From the human T2T-CHM13v2.0 reference genome, Homo sapiens, in NCBI RefSeq assembly GCF_009914755.1, contig NC_060929.1: 64,000 nucleotides of DNA. The stretch is one strand, 5' to 3'. Within the stretch, counting starts at the first letter, position 1, and each line of letters opens with the position of its first letter. Made by a program: the position numbers and the translations under genes. Of the stretch, positions 1 through 12,619 are shown in pieces. The notes beneath the pieces were generated by a model, which ran no database searches, had not been told where the DNA came from, and saw only the letters and a program-made list of their open reading frames with translations.

Positions 1-1149
1 AACTATATCAGTGGATTTATATTATAGTAATATCAAAGCACAGATTATATGCTATAGTACAATTATTATCAAAATGAAGAAAGGAGACTTAATAGTTACC
101 TCTAGGACCAGAAGCAATTAAAAATATAATGCTGTTACAATTGATAAGTAATCAATGGAATGTGTTTTCATTGGTTTCATAGTCTGCAGCCATGTCAGAT
201 CCACATGCATGTGGCATGGTGTTCGGAAGTTGACCTGCATTTCTCTTCAAATCATTTAACCACACTCAGCTGACCTGCATTCCTTTTTAAACAACCTAAT
301 CAAATTTATTTCAAATACCAAAACCTTCAGTTAGAGATTTAATCTGTGTTTATGCACACGTGTGAAATCTCTAGTGTCTAAACGTGCCCTTGCCTAAGAG
401 TACTCCATGTTTACAGAATATAAATTTCATAAGATTTCCCAATTTTTTCAGTCTTAAGTGAACTTTTTCATTTCTTTTTTTTCTTGAAAATGGAAATCCC
501 CAGTCAAGGTCAGACTGCCCCAGATGATGTTTGGTTTTATGCATGTTGGCCTATAATCAGGGAGTCATTCTGGGAGGGAAAGTATAGGTGCCCCTCCCTA
601 CGGATCTCTCTCATTCCCTTCTCCCCCTCGCCTTACATAGTCTTTAATCTGTGAGATATACCAGTTGTTGAAAGCACCCATTCTAGGCCTGCATCTTAGA
701 AAATATTTCTCTTTCCTATTGCCCAAGTTGGAAAGTAGTATAACCTAGCAGGCAAATTACTAATTTGGAAGCATTTGTATATTAATTCTATGATGTAGCG
801 TCCACTAGAGGACTTGCCTGCATATTTAATAACTAAGATATTGCTATACACATATGTCATGGTATGAAAATAAATGTGGTGCCCATTCAGCAAGGGTATG
901 GCATATTCATTTATCCCCAAGATCAATACTCTGATGAAGGAGGGCTATTTATTTCAGCAATAGAGAAAACAAACCTAAGAAAAAATTGAATAAGTCTGTA
1001 CAATTTGTAGGGTTTTAAACACTCTTCCTTATTAAAATACCCACTTTTTGGTTAAATAACAGATCCATGATATCAGTTTACATTAGTGACTAAAGTAGTT
1101 ACTAATGAAGATGAAAAAAAACAGTAGAATACAAAGGGGGAAAGGATGG

Positions 1150-1704
1150 TGTCAAAGAAGAGAACCAGAGAACATTGATTTTATTCATGCCCTTGTAATA
1201 GAAGAACACCCTACATCTGAATATCAGAATGTTTCTGTAGGTTGATTTTCCCTTAGATTTTATAGGGAAGAATAGACAAGTTACAGGTGGGATGATTTAT
1301 TGTTTGGGTCGTTTTGCAGTCAGGGGAAGTCTAGGTCAGTTAGCTGAAGAGGAAATGTTTATCTCTGTTTCTAGCAAGTTTCAGAGGGACAAACAGTTTT
1401 AATCTCAGCTAATCATTCATAAGATAGAGAATGGGAAGTTGAAGGGTCTGTGTCTGGTCTTATCAGCAGATCCAGGCAAAAAGGGGAAAGTCTGTGTTTG
1501 GTCTTGTCCTAGGTAAACAAAGGAGTCATCTGTGAATCTTATGGGGGTCGTGAGAAAGAGTGGGCTGAGAGTTTTATTTAAGTCACATGGGCAAGGGTGG
1601 CTCTTTGTGGTGAGCCATTTCCTGGAACACTAAAAAGCTGAGGGATTTCTCAATCATCACTGTTTTCTGGAAGCACCAGGCTCAGGTAGATTTCACCATT
1701 GTCG
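1150..1704 (-). mobile_element. ERV1-type solo LTR, MER90/MER110-like
   Basis: Begins TGTCA at 1150 and ends ...GCTCAGGTAGATTTCACCATTGTCG, whose reverse complement resembles the recalled TGACAATGTTGAACTTTACCTGAGC start of this LTR group; near-match 4-bp flanks ATGG/CTGG. Confidence 0.55.
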
Positions 1705-3131
1705 CTGGAAACCTGATTCAGACCAGGGGCAACAGTGGACAGATAGGGAGATGTGATGTGACCCAAGGGGAGTCATTCAAATACACCTGAAAACTATAGG
1801 CCACCTTGGGAGGGTAAAGGCTTTCCAGTAAAAGTATCCAGGAAAAAGCAACTTGCTGAAGACAATGTGGATAGAATCCCTGAGAAAAGCAACCAGTCCA
1901 ATGAGGCTCAGGTAGCTGTAGAAATACCACTTTTAAATCAAAATTGAAGGTTTACAGATGAAGCTGAGTGAGGAGAGGCAAAGAGTCTCTCAAGGCCTAG
2001 GTGGAGAGTGAGCCCAAGTCAGCCTCAGTGCTAACCTGCCAAATCCTAGCTGTTGGGTTAAAGTAAGAGTAGATAAATCCAGTCATGAAGCTTATACATT
2101 GCCTGCCTGAATGGAGTTTGAAATTCATAGTTTCTGTCTATATTCTAGCTGCTACCCAGATTGACTATGCTCTCTGATGGTAACTCATTATGGAAGATAA
2201 GCACAGGGGAAAGATCATAGCCCCCAAATCACATGATTTCTAGAAAACGCATTAGTCCCTTGTGGATAGTCTCTATTTTTGCCCCAAAATGAGTGTCATA
2301 ACACATGGCAAGACACTCATTTATCTGATTGTGTTTTTGCACATGTCTAACAGTTTCCATTTAAAATACCAGCAACAAAGCTGCCGATGAATGATACGTA
2401 GGAATAGGTAAAACAGAGTAATAGAATTAATTGGAATCCCAGGATAATCTCAAGGAATCAGATTAACAATCCATAAGATTTCTTCTACACTAAATCTTTT
2501 ATTAAAGCTGCTATATTATAAGCAGTTAAGCTTCTGGATTTGGATTTCATCTCCCTCCCCATTATAACTATCAGAGGTGCTAAGAAGATGCAAAATACTA
2601 ACACTTGGCACAAGAAAAGAGAAAAAAAGAAATACTGAAGGAAAAAAATAACTTTTTAAAAGTGAAAAGCAATCATGAAGAACAGATCAGGTGAGGAATG
2701 TCAAATTGTTAGTCACATCCAGCTCGAGCACACAGGGACACACATGGCAAGAAAGATGTGCCCTGGCCTAAAGAAAAAGATAAGGGAGGTACGTTCAGGG
2801 AAAAGGAGGTGGGGAGAATATGTGAGCGTGACCTAAAACCTGCTAGAAAACTAGGTAACTCCATGTTTTTCTATAATGATTTCTTTCCTTGTAAAACTCA
2901 AAAATGTTCAAAAACTGGGTTCCTAATCATTCTTCATCAAAGTCCACAGTTCTTTACTCTTTTTTTTTCTGCAGTTATTTACGAAATTAAAACTGCTATA
3001 GAATTTATACTTCTCTTCAGCATCCATTTTTATACTTAAGCTCTCTGGCTTTTATGTAAAATACCCAGAGAATTTTCTCATGTTTTATAATATCTACAGT
3101 GAAGTGTAATATGTTCATATTTCCTCATATT

Positions 3132-3209
3132 ATTATTTACCAAATATTCTAAGGATTATTTACCAAATATTCTAATTATTACCAAATATTCCAGGATTAT
3201 TCTAATATT
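3132..3209. repeat. Short degenerate tandem repeat, ~20-23-bp unit (ATTATTTACCAAATATTCTAAGG), ~3 copies
   Basis: TTACCAAATATTC occurs three times in succession. Confidence 0.85.
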
Positions 3210-3211
3210 GT

Positions 3212-3757
3212 AAGAATTGCACTTCTTTGTCCTCTTGTGATTTGGTAGAGCCACACAATTAGTTCGGGCCAATGAGCTGTGAGCAGAAGTGATTTGTGTA
3301 ACTTCTGAGCCGAAGCATTTAATTCCTAGCATAAACTACTGGAGGGATGTATTTCTCTATCTAGAATTACCAGCAATATTGTTGTTAGTGGCTCCTCCAT
3401 TGGGCTGCCATCTTTTTTTTTTTTTTTTTTTGGCGGGGGGTGGATGAGGTCTCACCCTGTCTCATAAGCTGGAGTACAGTAGAGGAATCATAGCTCACTG
3501 TAACCTCAAACTCCTGGCTTTAAGGTATCCTTCTGCCTTGGCCTCTCAAAGTGCTGAGACTGCAGGCATGGGCCACTATACCTAGCTTGGGCTGGAGTCT
3601 TAAAGTGAGAAAGACATGAAGCAAAGATGCAGCCCATGTGCAACTGTTGTACAGTGGGAGCAAAGAATATATTTTTATTAATCTATGGAAGTTTGGGGTT
3701 GTTGTTATGGGATTGTTTGTTACTGTAGCACAGTCTAACCTATCCTGACTGATATAA
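3212..3757 (+). mobile_element. MaLR LTR (MLT1I/J-like) interrupted by an Alu monomer
   Basis: GGCCAATGAGCTGTGAGCAGAAGTG core and MLT1-type end TTGTTACTGTAGCA...CCTATCCTGACTGATATA. Confidence 0.65.
3413..3586 (-). mobile_element. Alu monomer (FRAM/AluJ-derived)
   Basis: Poly-T followed by one Alu arm; degraded TSD TTGGGCTGCCATCT / TTGGGCTGGAGTCT. Confidence 0.85.
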
Positions 3758-6499
3758 TCAAATTTGCAAAAATATTTAGTCTGATTTTTGATATAAATAA
3801 CTTATAATTACATATATACAGTGGGAGCCAAGCAAATAAAACTCAGCTCCAGAATAAAAGAGCAGCCTGGCCTGACCAATTATAGCTCCCAACCAGAATC
3901 AGAATGACGCAGACTCATTAATAAGAATAAAAAATCTGAGCTTTTACCACAGATTTGGATGGTTAAGTCAAATCTACACTTTAAAAATAGAAAAAATAAG
4001 GAACATTTTTTTCTATTTGATCATCAATAGTGTTATGGTAGTTTTATCCAATTTTTGTAGCACAATAAAGATATATTTATAGAAATTGGGTAAAAGGATA
4101 GAGAAGACAGATGTTTAATTGTAATAATTAAATGAACAAATTACTGGCAGCTCTTTGGCAGATGATATACAGAGTGAAATGCATTTTTGTACTAATTATT
4201 TTCAGTAGCTAACTCTTGAGTATAAAAATGTGTTCAGTGTTGAGGATCCCAATATGAGTAATATGTACGCCCTGTCATCATGATGGGAACTGACAATTGA
4301 ATAGAAGAGGATAAGAAACAGACAAGAAACAGAAGTATGCTAAGTGCTTTAAGAGGAGTACACCCTGTGCTGTGGCAGGCATGGGTGGGGCATCCTAAAA
4401 AATGGTAAATGAGCCAGTGGCTGGGCTGCTAAGCCACGTCTTGGGAATAACTAGCCCATAGAGGCAGCTGCTTGATTAGAAAACTGAATGCCAGAAACTG
4501 GTTGTCAGTAAGAAGCAACATAAGGACTACTTCCACACTTTGGTATATCAATTTGTAGTTTGAATTTGGCAAGGGTATGCACAGGAGAAGCAAACCAATA
4601 AACAGTCCAAAGGAAGGCAAACACACAGCCTATGTGGGAAAGTGTATATAAGCCTAGATTTAAATCACACTGTAAAAACAATCACATGGAAACAATGCTA
4701 AATATGTAATCAAAAACATGTTAGAAACCGAAAAAACATAACAAAAGAACCATAAAAAATAGAGGAAAATATCTGAAAAAACAACTCAAAAGATTGCTCT
4801 TTTACACTGTAGCATGCTATTCCCTTGGCTATGCAAAAATGGGAAACTTTATTTCCCAGGACAACCCACTTTCTGTACATACAGCACTATCAGACCCCTT
4901 CTTGTTGAATCATTTATACTGAATTAACACCTGGCTCGACCAGAGCTAATGAATATTTAGGACAGTTGGAAGGAGATGACCATTTACAATTCTTCAATAA
5001 ATGATTCCTTCAATAAATTAAAATCTGATTTTCAGAAAACAGAGTGTCAAAATATTTAAGAGAATAGAAATGAAGTATGTTCTCTGTAGATCATGTCAAG
5101 GGTGACACCAATCCCATCCATATCTACTGGATGAAAGCAAGATGTGCTTTTCTCGAAGTTTACACTAGGCAAAAAAAAAAGGCAGTTTTATTTTAACCAG
5201 ATGTGAACAAATTAAACCCAATATTTTCAAGTATTTTTAGTGCCACATGATGTCATCCAATTTTATATTTTCTACTGGGGGATAATGTGTATTTTTAAAA
5301 TTGTGAAGCCACTTTCCATGTATGTACTTAAGACTTACACACGATAAATTACAATAAACAAATTACAACACCGCCGGACATGCTCTTGGCTGTTTATGTC
5401 AAAAGCCGAGAAAGAAATTTAGGTTTTCAGTAGGACATGGAATTAGACGCATGTGAAATGTCTTCTGCTGGCATTCAAGTTAGTCCTCATTTCAATGACG
5501 ATGGTCCTGGTCCGAACAGGTCCAGGGCAAGCATTACTCCGGCTATGCCCTCCTAGTACACTGTGGACTCCACAAAGACTGCAGGCAGTCTTAGGCTAGT
5601 TACCCAGGAAACCCCAGCTTTAAACAACCAGAGCCTTCCTTTTTTTGTTGTAACAAGATCACACATCCCCATTGCCACTACTCAGATAGTGCCGGGTGTC
5701 CTAGGATCTTGGCGTCGCTCTTGTCCTCTGGAACAGGCATGGGAATGAGGATGCCTCTAAACTGACCAAGACTTACTTCCTCATGCTTTTCTCTGGGGCA
5801 GCATCAGGCAAGCAGCCATACCCTGGAACAAGAGTGTGGTCCTCAATGGCTTTGCTGAGTGAACTTCTCCAAGTCATCTCGCCTGGGAAAGAGATTTCTC
5901 AAAGACCATTTAAAGCTTTCCAGAGGGCAACAGCGAGACAGTCGCGAGCCAAGGTTACCATAAATGCTTCCACAACCCCTGATTTCATTTCGGAAATAAG
6001 GAAAGAAGTAGTCACCACTGCAGGCGTTGCTTACGCCTCATCCAGCAGCCTCCCACCCCCAATCCCTCAACAATTAAGAGACAATAAAAGTAAAGATAAT
6101 ATTACTGTAGGGCCATTGGTACACTGAAACGTCGTTGAATTAAAAAGTCTTTATTTCAGCCTAACATCTTCTCCATCCACCCACACTTGAGCACAGAACA
6201 TTCCAGGCAGGCAAAGCCACCCTTGCCCTCCTCTCCTTGGCCACGTCCTCAGGGGTGGGCGAGCTTCGGGGGGAGGGGTGGGGGTGAAGACTCCGTGCCA
6301 ACGCAAAATACTCTGCCAAAAGGCTTCTCAGACATGAGTTTCCCAGGGCAATGCCCACCTTCCGTTCCCCGCCTTCCCGAGTCTCTTCTCCCAGTTTATG
6401 CTGGAACCCTGGAATGGTCTGGGGACCAATGAGATGGCAGCGGTTAACGCTTGGATCACGGTGAGGGGGCGATTTCCAGGGGGAGAGGCCAAGAAGCAA

Positions 6500-7700
6500 G
6501 GAAGGGGGTGGGGGGCAGGAGGAGAAAAGTGGGAAGCGCGGACAAAAAGTAGGCGGGGAGGAGAGGAGAGCCCCAGCTGGGGAAAAGCAACGGCAGTCGA
6601 GGTAAAAAGAGCGAAAGGTAAAGAAAGAGCAGGTTCGTGGACAGGAGCCGGCGGGCAGGCCGGGGGATCCCTGGTGAGGAAGCGGCGAGGGAGGGGCGTG
6701 GGCCGAGCCGGGGGCGCCGCGGGGAGGGTCGCTGTCAGTCAGGCCGAGCGGGGCTCGCTGGCCTGGGGGCGGCCGCAGGGGCGCAGCGCAGCCTGAGGGC
6801 GCGGCGGCCCCGGCAGCCTCCGCAGTGGCAGTGGTGGCCGCGCCCCCGTCCCCGGCCGGGCGCCCGCGCTGCGTTCCTTGTCCCCCAGCGCCGGCTTCGG
6901 GCCGCGGCCGCCCAGGCTGCCCCCGCCCGCGCGCGCCCGTTGGGGGGCCCGGGGAGCGGCGCCCGCGGCCGGGCCGCATTGTGACGTAGCGGGGCCGCGG
7001 CAGCGCCTCCACCGCCCGCCTACTTCGGCTGAGGCTGTTCTGCTCCTGCCGCTGCGGTCCGTCGGTCGGTCAGTCAGTCCCTTCGCGCTCCTGAGCCGCC
7101 GGCGCGCCGGGCGCCCCGGGTGAGTCCAGGTCCCAAGCGGACGCCGCGGGGAGGCGGGAGGCGGGCAGCCAGCGGCTCAGCCTTTCCAAGTTTGCACCAG
7201 GCGACCCCGGCGGGTGTCGCCCCGTGCTCCCCAAGCCCCGGGACCCCTTTGTGCCGCGAGTCTCGGCTGCTCCGGGCAGCAGAGGCGCCTCTGCAGAAAG
7301 GGTTTGAGGGGGAGGTCTCTATAGTAACAGTAACAGTGGTGGCGGCAGCGGCTGCTTTACTGGGGAAAGGGGGAAACAACCCCCGCCTCGGTTTCCAAAG
7401 GATTGTTCTTTTCATTTGCCCGCCTCATGTGGTTCTTATTCTTGCTGTCACCCGGGATCTTATCGCAGGCAGGGATGGGCAGTTCCGCGGCTCGGAAAAG
7501 CTGAGATAAGGAGGGGCGAAGTAATAGTAATAGCGACAGTACTAACAACGGTAATAATAGCTGTAGAAAAGGGACGTCTGGTGTTGCTGCCGCCCCTCGC
7601 TCATCAGCACCAGCTCCCCGACTGCCCTGTCCAGCCCGGGCTCCGCCAGCCTCCCTCTAGTGCTGTTCTGCGTCCCAGGCTGGTCCGCGTGGATTTCAGA
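6500..7700 (+). promoter_or_regulatory. CpG island / TATA-less promoter
   Basis: Abrupt very GC- and CpG-rich segment in an otherwise AT-rich, CpG-depleted window; GC-box-like GGGGCGTGGG (~6693) and GGGGCGG (~6766); CRE-like TGACGT at 6982-6987. Confidence 0.93.
6930..7119 (+). other. LRRC8B: Non-coding first exon (start approximate); gene tentatively LRRC8B
   Basis: Seen: strong donor CGG|GTGAGT at 7119/7120 inside the island and no ATG in the preceding ~190 nt. The gene name is only a recollection of LRRC8B architecture (long first intron, small 5'-UTR exons, CDS ~57 kb downstream). The confidence value refers to the name; the exon itself is about 0.75. Confidence 0.4.
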
Positions 7701-9892
7701 GGGGAATGTTTCTCTCTTGGCCTTGTCTCTTGGCGATGACTTTCATCTGCAGGTGGTAAGTGGGGTGAACCCAATTTTAGCTAATTGTCAAAGGCCACAT
7801 TTTGTTTATTTCATTTTTACGAAGAGAAAAGAGGGAAAATTATGAGCCATTACTGGCAGCCATACAGTTTCCACAGGAAATACTAGCATTCTTTGAGGAA
7901 CACGCTACTGCTTGCAGCGAAGAAAGTCTTAGGAAACAAAAAGGCAACAGCATTGTTGCTCATTTTCAATGGACGGCTAGGAGGGGGGAAACGTGTTGTT
8001 TTTTCCTGTGGGAACGTTGCTTTCCTTGGGAAAGTTAATTAAGGAAGCATTACTGTCGGTGCCCCTTTTCACTTGCTGGAGGCAGGATCGGATTCCTCTT
8101 GGCTGTTACTGACAAGTGCCCATCAAAGAGCCCGGAGGACGGGAGAACTGCTGCAGGACAGTCTCGCCACACACCACGTGCCGTGGAGCCTGGCCAGGGT
8201 GCAGTTTGCAAAATGAAATAAGGGCTGTCTGGGGAAGTTTATGAGGATTACATGTGTGCACAGTATGTCAGTTCTCCAAGGTGTCACTCTAAACACGTAA
8301 TTTTCAAGCACTACTTTCGTTGCTGAATCTGTAGGAAGGGAAAAACCTATTTTTCTTTTATGGAGCAGACATCCCAATTGGGAATGGGTTGAAATCTGTA
8401 TTTCATTTGTACATATTGAAAATTTAAAAGGCAAAGAACAAGGTGTAGGAAAGCAGTATGCTAATGTGTACACATCTGGGAGAGAAAGTCTATTGACTGT
8501 TTCTGATGCATCTCAATGTTAAATTACATTCAGCATGGTTAGAGTACAAGGAGACACCTTTAAGCAGTCCTCAAGACTTTTTGGAAGGTGCAATATTTCG
8601 GTACTGATCGCGGAAGTCTCTCTGGAAAGGGAGTATTAACTGAGGATTACCCATAACTAAATATGTATGCATTAACAGGTCTGGAATCAGAAAGTAAAAG
8701 ATAGTGCTTCTCTTAAGGATCTTTTGGACACCTCAGTTAGAAATAAAATATAGCATGGGATTTTGAAAAGAAGGGGTATAATTTTGAATGTAAATTTCAT
8801 TTTCTCCGTAGCAAGCATTTCATGAAGAAAAGTTACAGATAGTAGATTTGAAATGATGCTGCATTCATGAATTTGACGGTTACCATTTGTTGATATCCAA
8901 AAGGAAGTGACTAAAGCAAATGCATTTCTCTGTCTACTCTGTCACAACTTTCCTAATTCCAGACAGTTGTTCTGGTGCAGGTGTACAGTGGAAATGCAAG
9001 CCAAGAAACTTTGTGCGTGCTATTGTTTTGGAAGAAATTGTAGCAGTACTTTACTGCTCTTAAGGGAAACCCACACAAACATCTAATACAAACAAATGAT
9101 CTTTGATATTAGCAGAAAAAGCCTGGAGCTGTTTTTCTTGCCAGATTTAAGGCATTTCTTGTCAAAAGAGGAAATCTCCCAAGGAGCAGGTGCATCATTT
9201 TAGGAAACACAAGGGAATTTCTCTTTTAAATGCAAAATCTAATTGAATAGCAACAAGAGAATCAGTAACACTCTTAGAATAGAAGCTTTGTTTTTGGCAG
9301 TTTGTCAGGTTACAGTTGCAAACCACATAGGAGAAATATGTGTCTTGGGAGAAAAATGATATCCTGGTGAAAATCAAATAGTTGCTTCTGTGAAACTTTT
9401 ACCCTTATATACTTATTTTCTTGTGCCCATTTGATTTATATGCAGATTCACTTGCAGGAAGTTATTTATGGAAAATGAATCAAAAACTTGTTTGCTAGTA
9501 TCATATGTACTATGCATGATTTTTCACTTTATAGATTAGGTAACTAGATTTATATTTTATGGTTTGCATCTTAGCGGTTTTTTACGTTTTTGAAATTAAT
9601 GATCAAAATATGTGTTAAAATAATTTTTAATTGATAAGACTGATAGCTAGGCCCTGGGAAAGTACTAATTGATTCCTAAATAGTTATCGTGCATTTACTT
9701 TGTGCTTATTTGTAATACAGCAATTTAAAATCCATAGTCTTTTCGTAAGGAACATTTTCATAGGAAATAGGACCCATGGAAAATTAAATGATACTAAACA
9801 TCGAAGAACACATTTCATAATTGAGTGCCTAAGATGCTAAATAGTAATTGAAAAGGAATTCTGAGGAGAGAGTGATCAAGGTAGCTTAAATG

Positions 9893-10391
9893 TTATATCA
9901 GTTATTCATTGCTGGATAACAAATCCCCACAAAATGCATTTACTTAAAATTGCCACTATAGCTTATGATTCTGGTGGTCAGCAATTTGAGCTGGGCTCAG
10001 TGAGATGGTTCTTCTGCTATTCTTAGTTAGGTTCCCTCAGACGTTTTCAGTCTGCTGGTGGTATAATTGTGAATGGCTTTACTTATATGTCTGGCAGTTA
10101 TCAGACTGTTGGCCAGGGTAACATAACGAGTGGCTGGGATGTACCTCCCATTCTCCAGCACACTCCCCTTGGCTTCTTTACATGGCAAATCAAATAGTGT
10201 TGTAAGAGCAGTAAAAGAACAACCTGCAATGCAAAAGCAACTTTAAAACCTCACCTTGAATCACATTAGCTACTCTCCCATTAGCCATGTCAAGTCAGAA
10301 GGTTACCCCAGATTCAAGGGGTATAGAAAGAGTCCACTTATGATGAGAAGGAGCTGCAAAAAATTAGAGCCAGTTTTTGTGATCTACTACA
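9893..10391 (-). mobile_element. Old MaLR LTR (MLT1J/K-like)
   Basis: TATCAGTTATTCATTGCTGGATAACAAATCCCCACAAAA...GGTCAGCAATTTGAGCTGGGCTCAG...ATCTACTACA matches the reverse MLT1 pattern. Confidence 0.6.
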
Positions 10392-12079
10392 TTTTTGAGG
10401 ATACTTGTGTCTAGCAGATGTTTTCTGCTGAAAATAATATGTTAGGAGAGCATATTGGAGCCTGCTTAGCAATAGCCCAGGATTTAGGTTAAGTAATTGT
10501 CCAGTAAATCATTGTCCTGCAATTTTTTTTCTATAAACCCCAGGTAGAGGAAGTATGACACAATGATAATAAAATTTTAGTCATATCCTTCTGACAGTGG
10601 TGTTGGGATGGTTTGGAGACAGGAGGCTGGTGGCAGGGTGAGCTGAGCATTGTTGAAAGTTGATGTTTTTGAGAAAAATGGAGGCAGGAAAATTGGAAAG
10701 GGGTCGATCTGGGAGATCCCATATTTAGGATGAGGTGACTGATTATAGGGGGTTAGTAAAAGTAAAAAGTCGAAAGCATTCTGAGATTTAAAAATACTTA
10801 AGTGACTAAAAGAATGATTGTGCTTTTGTAAGAAATAGAAAAATCAATAAGGGATTTATTTGGGGGAGGAGAAAAATTCAGTTCCAGAAATGTTGATTAA
10901 AAGAGATAAATTGAATGTCAAAGTACTTTATAAGCTGCAGAGTAGGCTATGAATGTTAGCTATTGTTTAGTGTTTAAATCACAGTGCACTATTGTATATA
11001 GTTAAGTTTCTTTATGTGTATATCAACAGAAAACAAAATACAACCTCAGGGATTCCCTAAGATGTCAAAGGGAAGTCAGAACCACTACTCTCAGGATGGA
11101 AGGTCTACTCTTAGAATGCTCTTCCCTTAAACTAAGCATACCAGGCAAGAGAACACCTTTGACTTAATTTGAGTGGCATCCACACTCCTGAGCCAGTAGC
11201 ACTGACTGACAGCCACACCAGGTCAGCACACAATGCAAAGTGGGTGGGTTCACCCTTAAAGGACACTGGAGCACTGCTGTCAGAAGTGGAGATGGAAATA
11301 GGGTGACAAGACCAACAAATGCTCACCACAGATGAACACTTGAAGATTTATTTCGGCCTAGACGTGGGGAAGCAAGAGGTAAGAAGGCAGGAGGTGACAA
11401 CTTAGGCATATGTCCATAGAGTGTAGATGCATGAATAATAGTTGAACCCATGCTTGTGGTGGAGTTTTCTCGTGGAAAATAAAGAAAAGACGGTCTGGCA
11501 CAATGCCTCATCCAGACTCCTTCATTAACGTTAATGGATGTTTAATAGAAGGGAGAAGAATTCTAAACATGTTCTGTTCTGCCTTTCACCTAAAAGCTCA
11601 TGCAAGGTGCTGTTTCTTCAGCCTCATTTTATGGCCAGACTGAAATTCAGGTGGTGCCCTTACCGCAAAGTGCAGCTGCTGGGCCAGACAGAAACACCTG
11701 GCCTCTCCAGCTTCACACAATTAGTCTGAACAGCATACACAGCTGCTCTTTATGGAACGACCTTGGATGGACCAGCTCAAACCAAAGAATACGTTTTTAT
11801 CATTTTTATTGCACAAGTCTAAAACCCCTGAAGACACTCAATAAATGTTAATTGAACGAGTGGATGTGCCATTATCTCGTGCAGTAACGTTTTTTTAAAA
11901 TGATCTGGTCTGGCTTTTCATTATAAGTGTAGAGTTTGCTATAAAGTCCCTAAGTGCCTTTTGTAGACTTAAATGTTTTAAGGTACTCTTGTCACAGTAA
12001 TGTAGGTTTTTTAAATCCACCACTCATAAAAATAAACTATTTTTCCTTTATTGAGACACAGTTGTCTTTCATCCTTGTG

Positions 12080-12590
12080 TTTGTCAGGACACTTGGTTGC
12101 AAATCACAGAAACCCAGTTTATACTTGCTCAAGTAGGAAAGGGCATATACTGGCTACTGTAAAGGAAAAGTTCAGAAAGAATCCAATTCTGATTTCTTCT
12201 TTTCTTCATGGTGGCAAAATTTTCATCTGCAGCTTTAGGCTTAACTCCTGAGAAAAAGAGAATTCAGGATTAACTTTAATTAGACCACTTTGATCACATG
12301 CATATGCTTGAACCAGACCCTATGGCCGGAGATTTGGACCATGCCACTTGACTCAGCTTTGATTATGAGCCCAGTCCTGGAGGCTTTTGGAAGGGGAGAG
12401 TGGTATGTGTGACGGCAGGTGGGAAGGAGTGTATGGGAGTGAAGGAAGTACATGGGAGACTAGTCAGCAAAACTCTTCTAAACCATATAACCTGAGAGCA
12501 GGGAAGGGGTAGTTTTTAAAAGGAAATATTGAAAAGAAGAGATAGGAGATGCTGTGCGTGCAGAAACAGCAGATATCTATTAAATACTAT
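12080..12590 (-). mobile_element. Old MaLR LTR (MLT1N/O-like)
   Basis: GTCAGGACACTTGGTTGCAAATCACAGAAACCCA and GATCACATGCATATGCTTGAACCA motifs. Confidence 0.5.
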
Positions 12591-12619
12591 AACACCTGTT
12601 TTCCCTGACAGGCATATCA

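Noticed and set aside
201-214. Perfect 14-bp palindrome CCACATGCATGTGG among CATG motifs (p53-like)
   Set aside because: A few palindromes of this length are expected by chance in 64 kb, and the flanks and spacing do not fit paired RRRCWWGYYY half-sites.
3132-3209. Repeats resembling a CRISPR-like array
   Set aside because: No unique spacers of regular length, degenerate units and a primate context.
6161-7739. Overlapping long ORFs on both strands (e.g. 283 aa at 6161-7012 minus)
   Set aside because: Stop-codon scarcity in GC-rich island DNA; Pro/Gly/Ala/Arg-rich low-complexity translations with no recognisable domain.
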